DNA of 64,000 bases. Source: Kiritimatiellia bacterium (lineage in GTDB: Bacteria > Verrucomicrobiota > Kiritimatiellia > UBA8416 > JBFIFS01). The translations under genes and the position numbers were made by a program. Below the pieces are notes generated by a model, which had not been told where the DNA came from, did not search any database, and saw only the letters and a list, made by a program, of their open reading frames with translations. Below, piece after piece: positions 58,061 through 64,000 of the stretch (the stretch's first letter is position 1; each line of letters begins with the position of its first letter). The DNA lies in contig JBFIFS010000004.1 in assembly GCA_041602695.1 (NCBI GenBank), positions 4,240 to 68,239 of the forward strand, read 5' to 3'.

Positions 58061-58504
58061 ATGCTAAGTAAATTAGTCATAGGCCTCAACCGGTTTGCGA
58101 ACCATTTCAGGAAACTTCGGGCAAAGCCGGAAAACATTCTCCTTCTTGTGCCTCACTGCCTTCAAATAACCTCTTGCGGGCGCAATGTCATCCACGATGT
58201 CGACCAGTGCGCACACTGCGGCCAATGCAACATTACCGAAATCCTAAAAGTTCGGGACAAGTATGGAATCCAGTGCAATATCGCCTCCGGCGGACGACAG
58301 GCTATTGAGATGGTCCGCGACCCTTCCGTAAGGACCGTGGTAGCCGTGGCTTGCGAAAAGGAGCTTTCCGACGGAATCATGGCGGCCTTTCCTAAGCCCG
58401 TTGTGGCGGTGCCGAATCAGAGGCCTGAAGGTCCCTGCAAGAATACGCGCGTCGATATGGCCGCGGCGGAACGGGCGATAGAGTCACTTGTCCTCAAGGG
58501 GTGA
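58061..58504 (+). CDS. DUF116-like Cys-rich protein
   Basis: ILLLVPHCLQ...C..HCGQC pattern recalled from the DUF116 family; 147 aa. Confidence 0.5.
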   Translation: MLSKLVIGLNRFANHFRKLRAKPENILLLVPHCLQITSCGRNVIHDVDQCAHCGQCNITEILKVRDKYGIQCNIASGGRQAIEMVRDPSVRTVVAVACEKELSDGIMAAFPKPVVAVPNQRPEGPCKNTRVDMAAAERAIESLVLKG

Positions 58505-58549
58505 TGCACCGCAGAGGGCATGCCACCCGCCGGGATACAATTCTGCTGC

Positions 58550-59455
58550 TCATGACTTAAACAGTCCGCTTTTCCATTCGTCTTCGTCGATTTGCTCAAC
58601 GCATTCGAAACCGAGCCCCTCAAACGTCCCGCGGACCGCGCCAAACTGCTCTTCTCGAATGCCGGCCAGCGCCAGCAAGCCTTCCCGCCGGGCAACGAGC
58701 GAGGAGATTCGCTCGGCATGTTCCAGGATCACGGGAGCCAGGATGTTCACAGCGACAAAATCGAAAGTTTCGCCGCACATGAAATCGCCAACCGACGCAC
58801 ATTCGACAATGGCCCCACCGCCGACGCTGTTGAGAAGAAGATTATCTTTGCAGCACTTGACGGCCATCGGATCTACATCGAACGCCCGCACCGGCCTGTA
58901 ACCCAGCTTGGCAGCGGCCACTGACAATATCCCCGATCCGCAGCCAGCATCCAGAAAGCTCTTCCCCGAACCATCGCACTTATCAAGAAACCTTATACAG
59001 GCCCTGGTCGTCGGGTGAAGACCAGTACCAAAAGTCATGCCCGGATCTATCACTACCTCGAGGCATTCACTGCTGCCGCACCACTCCTCCCAGCTTGGAC
59101 GCACGACAACCCGATCGGAAACCCTGGCTGCCTTAAAATGCTTCTTCCACGCGTTCTGCCAGTCCTCCGTTGGAACCGCTTCGACGCTGCACAGAAGGCC
59201 TTCAGGCGCACCGATGTCCGCAAGAACATCGTTTATCAGCAGGGCAACTGCTTCAGCCGATTTGCCTCCATCACAGTAAACGGCAATATCGACTCTATCA
59301 TCTCCCAGCAGTCCCCACGAGCTCACACCAGCGACACCAGCCGCGTCACACGCATCTTCGAATTGAGCAAGAAGCGAATCAGGCAGGGCGATCTTAACAA
59401 AATAAGTCAGGCTGCCTGCCACCCCCCCCTGCTCTGCTGTTCCGGGCGCGACCAA
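58550..59455 (-). CDS. prmA: ribosomal protein L11 methyltransferase
   Basis: DPGMTFGTGLHPTT and LDAGCGSGILSVAAAKLG motifs. Non-ATG start (TTG 59455 or GTG 59422). Confidence 0.88.
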   Translation of the reverse strand: MVAPGTAEQGGVAGSLTYFVKIALPDSLLAQFEDACDAAGVAGVSSWGLLGDDRVDIAVYCDGGKSAEAVALLINDVLADIGAPEGLLCSVEAVPTEDWQNAWKKHFKAARVSDRVVVRPSWEEWCGSSECLEVVIDPGMTFGTGLHPTTRACIRFLDKCDGSGKSFLDAGCGSGILSVAAAKLGYRPVRAFDVDPMAVKCCKDNLLLNSVGGGAIVECASVGDFMCGETFDFVAVNILAPVILEHAERISSLVARREGLLALAGIREEQFGAVRGTFEGLGFECVEQIDEDEWKSGLFKS

Positions 59456-59493
59456 TGTTCGTCCACCTTCCTGATACTACAGCGCGCGCACGG

Positions 59494-60753
59494 TCACGAA
59501 CCGAAACAGTTCATGAGCAGAGTCTTGAGCTTCTGGCTAAGGACCTCAAAGGAGAAGAACTTTTTCGCGAGCTCGTAGTTATGGTCCGCCATCGAAGCCG
59601 CCAACTTCGGTTCCGCCAGGACCTCCCGGGCCAGCTCGACCGTGGCGGAGTTGATATAGTTGTCCATCTCGATAGTCTTGAATCCCAGAGGCTTGATATC
59701 GCAGCTGTAAACGGAATAGTTGTTCACAAAAATCGGCTTGTGATAGTAGATGGCCTCGAGAAAGGCGTTTCCAAACCCTTCAACTGATGAAGGATACGTT
59801 ACCAGGTCTGCTTCATGGTACATGTCCGCCAGAGTGTAGACCTTTCGCCCGTCTTTAAGCACGCCCCGCTCCTCACCTACGTTGTCGGAGCAGAAGATGA
59901 CCTTCACACTCATAAGCTTGGCGTAGTCCTTCACGCGATCGTAGTACTCGTTTCCTTCGTCACCTGAAGCGTGAGAAATTACCAGCGCCGTCGGAATTTC
60001 GAGACGATGCGCGAGTTCTAAAGCGTGCTCGATCCCCTTCCTCTGCACAATCCTCGTCGGCTGCAGAATAAACTTTTCGTCTTCAGCTATACCAAGGGCC
60101 TGACGAAGGTCGCTTGAGTAGTCGTCCGGCGGGTCAGGCTTCTTGCTGAAGTTCATCACATTAGGCACTATCTCTACGGAGACACCGCGCCTCATGCTTA
60201 TCTGGTGACGCTGCGATGAGTTAATGACGGCGTGCTGCATATTGAAGAGATTGGGTGGAAACGCCGTACTGAGATAGTCCCAGCAGGCGTTATTCAGGAA
60301 GCGCTTACGCTCCCAGAAGAAGTCATGATGGTGCGCCACCATGGCAATGCCAGTTTCAACCTTATACTCAGTGAGAGCCAGCCCGAGTGGAATATTGTAG
60401 GGAATCGCGAGGGCGTTCTCGGGAACCAAAAGGTCCAAATCAAACCGGCGGACAAATTCTCCAATGGAGTTCTTCAGCTGGTGCTTTATGTGCTCGCATC
60501 GCTCCGTGATATCGCGAGGACGGGTCATTTGCCCAAAACAGCCCTTGTAGATGTCCCAAATAGTCTCATTTCTAAAATGACAGTCGTGCACCAGGTAGGA
60601 TTTCTCTTCCGGTGTGTCAAGCTCGCCTGCCATGTAGAAACACTCATGCCCCTGCTCCTGCAGGACGTGCGCCCACTTAGCCGTTTCGAGGGAAACACCA
60701 TCGGTGCCCGCGAGTCTCGTGGAAATAAAACCTATTCTGTACTTCGCCATCAT
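59494..60753 (-). CDS. GT-B fold glycosyltransferase (GT4-like)
   Basis: C-terminal EGFGNAFLEA (E-x7-E type) motif and an N-terminal ISTRLAGTDGVS pattern. GC content is slightly lower than in neighbouring genes. Confidence 0.7.
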   Translation of the reverse strand: MMAKYRIGFISTRLAGTDGVSLETAKWAHVLQEQGHECFYMAGELDTPEEKSYLVHDCHFRNETIWDIYKGCFGQMTRPRDITERCEHIKHQLKNSIGEFVRRFDLDLLVPENALAIPYNIPLGLALTEYKVETGIAMVAHHHDFFWERKRFLNNACWDYLSTAFPPNLFNMQHAVINSSQRHQISMRRGVSVEIVPNVMNFSKKPDPPDDYSSDLRQALGIAEDEKFILQPTRIVQRKGIEHALELAHRLEIPTALVISHASGDEGNEYYDRVKDYAKLMSVKVIFCSDNVGEERGVLKDGRKVYTLADMYHEADLVTYPSSVEGFGNAFLEAIYYHKPIFVNNYSVYSCDIKPLGFKTIEMDNYINSATVELAREVLAEPKLAASMADHNYELAKKFFSFEVLSQKLKTLLMNCFGS

Positions 60754-60874
60754 TTCCTCCGCTGGATGTCCTTAAATATGAAATGAATCGTAATGGATAG
60801 AATTTGCCAAAGCAACAAAGTATGCCTCTTTGCGTCACGTTGACACCGGGAGCCTTGTTTCATATCCTTTGGCC

Positions 60875-62191
60875 ATGGTTCCCCAGTGGATAATCGAGAA
60901 AAAAAGAGACGGCCATTCCCTCACTGACGGGGAAATCAGGGATTTCATAGCCGGGTTCACTGATGGAAGTATCCCCGATTACCAGATGTCTGCCCTCGCC
61001 ATGGCCGTGTTCTTCCAGGGCATGGAGCCCCGCGAAATTGCCTCACTCACCAGGGCGATGATGGAATCAGGTGATGTTCTGGAGCTGAGTTCGCTGGTGC
61101 GGCCAACTTGCGATAAACACTCTACAGGCGGCATCGGCGACAAGGTTTCACTGATTCTCGCCCCGCTCGCCTCCGCCTGCGGCCTGGACGTCCCGATGAT
61201 CTCGGGACGCGGCCTGGGCATAACAGGCGGAACACTTGATAAGCTGGAGTCTATACCGGGATACAGGACGGATTTGTCGCCCGATGAGTTCGAAAGAGTC
61301 ATATCGGCATGCGGCTGCTCTATCATCGGGCAGACAGCAAACCTGACTCCCGCAGACAAGAAGCTCTATGCTTTGCGGGATGTGACCGGCACAGTCCCAT
61401 CTATTCCCCTCATATCGGCAAGCATCATGTCCAAGAAACTCGCGGAAGGTGCTCAGTCCCTGGTTCTGGACGTAAAATGGGGCTCGGGAGCATTCATGAA
61501 GACCGTGGAGCAGGCGCGGGAGCTTGCCAACACAATGATAAGCATCGGGGCTTCAATGGATCGGCGCGTCAGCGCGCTGATAACGAACATGAACCAGCCG
61601 TTGGGCAAAACGGCCGGCAACGCGCTCGAAGTCTTTGAGTCTATAGAAACGCTAAAGGGAAACGGCCCCCGGGACCTCCAAACCGTAACTCTTGAGCTCT
61701 GCGCCGAGATGGTTCTTCTCAACGGGCTGGCCCCTGACAGGGCTTCCGCCCTTGCTCTCGCGACTGACAAGCTCGACTCAGGCCGGGCACTGGAAGTGTT
61801 CGAGGGCATGGTAAACCTTCACGGCGGCAATACGGACATCATCAGGGACGATTCCATCCTGCCCCGAGCGGGAATTCAATATGTGCTGCAGAGTGAAAAG
61901 TCCGGGTGCGTGGCGATGATGGACGCTGATGCGATAGGCAGAGCCGCCCTCGTGCTTGGGGCGGGGAGAAAGTCGGTTGCAGATCAAATCGACCACGGGG
62001 CCGGAATATCGGAAATGGTCAAAGTCGGACATACCGTTTCGGCCGGCCAAACACTCATGATACTCCACGCAAACGAACAGGCCAGGCTCGACGAGGCTTT
62101 ACCGATAGCGAAAGATGCAATCAGCATCACCGCCGCCAGCCCGGATGAATTTGTGCTGATAAATGACAGAATTGGCGGAGGAACTTGCTGA
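60875..62191 (+). CDS. deoA: thymidine/pyrimidine-nucleoside phosphorylase
   Basis: IIEKKRDG, KHSTGGIGDKVS and SGRGLGITGGTLDKLE motifs. Start trimmed to ATG 60875. Confidence 0.92.
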   Translation: MVPQWIIEKKRDGHSLTDGEIRDFIAGFTDGSIPDYQMSALAMAVFFQGMEPREIASLTRAMMESGDVLELSSLVRPTCDKHSTGGIGDKVSLILAPLASACGLDVPMISGRGLGITGGTLDKLESIPGYRTDLSPDEFERVISACGCSIIGQTANLTPADKKLYALRDVTGTVPSIPLISASIMSKKLAEGAQSLVLDVKWGSGAFMKTVEQARELANTMISIGASMDRRVSALITNMNQPLGKTAGNALEVFESIETLKGNGPRDLQTVTLELCAEMVLLNGLAPDRASALALATDKLDSGRALEVFEGMVNLHGGNTDIIRDDSILPRAGIQYVLQSEKSGCVAMMDADAIGRAALVLGAGRKSVADQIDHGAGISEMVKVGHTVSAGQTLMILHANEQARLDEALPIAKDAISITAASPDEFVLINDRIGGGTC

Positions 62192-62607
62192 TGGCAGAAG
62201 AACGCATTTCAGCGGCCCAGAGAGACAAGCTGCTGCGCTCCGCGCGCGCGGCGCGAAGTAACGCCCACTGCCCCTACTCGGACTTCGCAGTCGGTGCGGC
62301 ATTGCTCACCTCGTCGGGACGAATATTCAGAGGCGTAAACGTCGAGAATGCATCCTTTGGTGCAACCATTTGCGCGGAGCGATCTGCGCTGGTTTCGGCT
62401 GTCTCGGCTGGAGAAAGAACCTTTCGGGCGCTTGCCGTTGTCGCCGGAGGGGATTCACCTGCTGTACCATGCGGCCAGTGCCTGCAGGTTCTCGCCGAAT
62501 TCTGCGGTGCCGGGCTGCGCATATACCTGGCCACCCCCAAGCTCAAACCGGTCCGGTCTCTGACCCTCAAAGATCTTCTGCCCGAAACCTTTAACTTCGC
62601 CGGGTGA
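62191..62607 (+). CDS. cdd: cytidine deaminase
   Basis: CAERSA and PCGQCLQ zinc-ligand motifs. TGATG overlap with the deoA stop. Confidence 0.9.
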   Translation: MAEERISAAQRDKLLRSARAARSNAHCPYSDFAVGAALLTSSGRIFRGVNVENASFGATICAERSALVSAVSAGERTFRALAVVAGGDSPAVPCGQCLQVLAEFCGAGLRIYLATPKLKPVRSLTLKDLLPETFNFAG

Positions 62608-62690
62608 AGCGTTTTGCTTGCCCGCCGGAGGTCAGCACCATAAAATTAAGGCAAGACAACAACAATGGTGAAACGTAAGGCAGCCAGGAT

Positions 62691-64000
62691 ATGAAAAAGA
62701 CTTTTGTCATCGATACAAACGTACTGCTCCACAACGCTGAATCAGTGGAAAGTTTCGCGGACAACGACGTGGTGCTCCCCATGGCCGTGATCGAGGAACT
62801 CGACAAGTTCAAGGCGAGAAATGACGAGCTTGGCAGGAATGCCCGACAGGTTGTCCGCAGGATTGATGAGCTTCGCGCGAAGGGCAACCTCCGTGATGGG
62901 GTCCCCCTTAACAATGGCGGCAACCTCAAGATACTCTCGTCACGGCAGTTCCCTGACGACATTGGACTTAAGAATGATGTCTCCGACAATCTGATCCTCG
63001 AAATCGCTTACGGCCTCCTGAAACAGGGCGAGAAGGTCTTTTTTGTCAGTAAGGACATCAACGCCCGACTTAAGGCTGATGCCCTCGGCATTAGCGCCCA
63101 GGATTTCGAGAAAGAGAAAGTCAACTTCGACGAACTCTACCCAGGATACTCGGAAATCAGCGTTCCTAAGCGGATAATTGACGAATTCTTCAAGACAGAT
63201 GTCCTCGAGGCCGAAGGCATAGGCGAGTTCCCCAATGAGTTCATCATGATGAAGGACGAGAAGAACGAAAAGCATAATGCCCTTTGCCGGGTGATTGAGC
63301 CGGGCAAGATCAAACATTTGTCCAGCCTCTACGACATAATCTGGTCCATCCACGCCCGGAACAAGGAGCAGAGACTCGCATTGGAGCTGCTCATGGACCC
63401 GTCCGTTCAAATAGTCACACTCGTGGGCCAGGCCGGCACAGGGAAAACCCTGCTCGCAATGGCAGCCGCGCTTCACACAACCCTCAGGAACAAGAGCTAT
63501 GACAGGATACTGGTCTCAAGACCGGTCATCCCCATGGGCAAAGACATCGGATACCTGCCCGGCGCAAAAGAAGAGAAGCTTTCTCACTGGATGCAGCCTA
63601 TCTTCGACAACCTGACCTATCTTCTTCGGGATGGCGCGACGACGGAAACCAAGGGAAAGAAGAAAACAAAGATCACTCCGCAGGACAGGATGAATAAGCT
63701 GCTGGATGATGACACGCTGGTACTGGAAGCCCTCACCTATATTCGCGGCCGCTCGATTCCGGGACAGTATGTAATCGTGGATGAAGCCCAGAACCTGACC
63801 CCTCACGAAGTCAAGACCATCGTATCCAGGGCCGGCGAAGGCTCGAAAATGGTCCTGACTGGCGATCCATACCAGATTGATAACCCTTACCTTGACGCGA
63901 GCAGCAACGGCCTTACATACGCGGCAGAGCGCCTCAAGGCCCAGGATGTTCATGGTCACATAACGCTGAAGAAGAGCGAGCGCAGCCGTCTTGCCGCAAT
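62691..64000 (+). CDS. PIN-domain/PhoH-like ATPase (PhoH2/YlaK-type), 3'-truncated by window end
   Basis: My own translation from ATG 62691: MKKTFVIDTNVLLH (PIN), GQAGTGKT (Walker A) and VIVDEAQN (Walker B). The frame is open to the window end and is not in the supplied ORF track. Confidence 0.88.
   Translation, partial: MKKTFVIDTNVLLHNAESVESFADNDVVLPMAVIEELDKFKARNDELGRNARQVVRRIDELRAKGNLRDGVPLNNGGNLKILSSRQFPDDIGLKNDVSDNLILEIAYGLLKQGEKVFFVSKDINARLKADALGISAQDFEKEKVNFDELYPGYSEISVPKRIIDEFFKTDVLEAEGIGEFPNEFIMMKDEKNEKHNALCRVIEPGKIKHLSSLYDIIWSIHARNKEQRLALELLMDPSVQIVTLVGQAGTGKTLLAMAAALHTTLRNKSYDRILVSRPVIPMGKDIGYLPGAKEEKLSHWMQPIFDNLTYLLRDGATTETKGKKKTKITPQDRMNKLLDDDTLVLEALTYIRGRSIPGQYVIVDEAQNLTPHEVKTIVSRAGEGSKMVLTGDPYQIDNPYLDASSNGLTYAAERLKAQDVHGHITLKKSERSRLAA

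Noticed and set aside
62591-63959. Three minus-strand ORFs of 132-178 aa near the window end
   Set aside because: The opposite strand encodes a continuous PIN-PhoH2 protein with Walker motifs, so these are shadow ORFs.
1-64000. Looked for CRISPR arrays, IS elements or transposases, prophage genes, toxin-antitoxin pairs and rRNA
   Set aside because: I saw no regularly spaced repeats, no transposase, integrase or phage-like ORFs, and no rRNA-like sequence. A by-eye scan cannot exclude short or degenerate elements.

Overview
GC-rich (~58-60%) bacterial chromosomal segment, densely coding (about 65 CDS and 2 tRNAs). I saw no rRNA, CRISPR array, transposase, integrase or other mobile-element signature. 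Most of it is core metabolism. A roughly 8 kb minus-strand array runs ispF-cysS-tmk-holB-ricT-aroQ-asp23-thiE-like-pfkB-anSME. A canonical fatty-acid/ribosomal cluster covers rsmD, coaD, yceD, rpmF, plsX, fabH, fabD, fabG, acpP and fabF. Also present are accD/accA, ispH, prmA, deoA-cdd, hisI and nagB. The accessory content is glycan-oriented: a GH29 fucosidase, a GH130 phosphorylase, a PL7-like jelly-roll protein, a PIG-L deacetylase and an anaerobic sulfatase-maturating enzyme. Together with a pseudopilin-like protein and a DUF2723 GT-C protein, this suggests a PVC-superphylum anaerobe (Kiritimatiellota/Lentisphaerota-like). That taxonomic call is inference only. Two real ORFs are missing from the supplied track because they run off the window edges: 1-252 (+) and a PIN-PhoH2 gene at 62691-64000 (+). 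The best candidates for undescribed biology are: (1) a translationally coupled DUF2723/TMEM260-like GT-C+TPR, DUF4190 and membrane C39-peptidase operon at 21279-26715, downstream of two lipoprotein multihaem cytochromes. (2) An accD, ParB-like, accA and 5S-carboxyltransferase/BCCP operon at 41890-46133 with no biotin carboxylase, which could be an ATP-independent transcarboxylase. (3) A nitrogen-control island at 46170-53050 that combines a consensus sigma-54 promoter, a NifA-like GAF activator and an archaeal-type NrpR repressor, with distinctive palindromes. (4) A tight trio of unrecognisable proteins at 381-4742. All functional calls come from reading the translated sequences and motifs. 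No database search was run.
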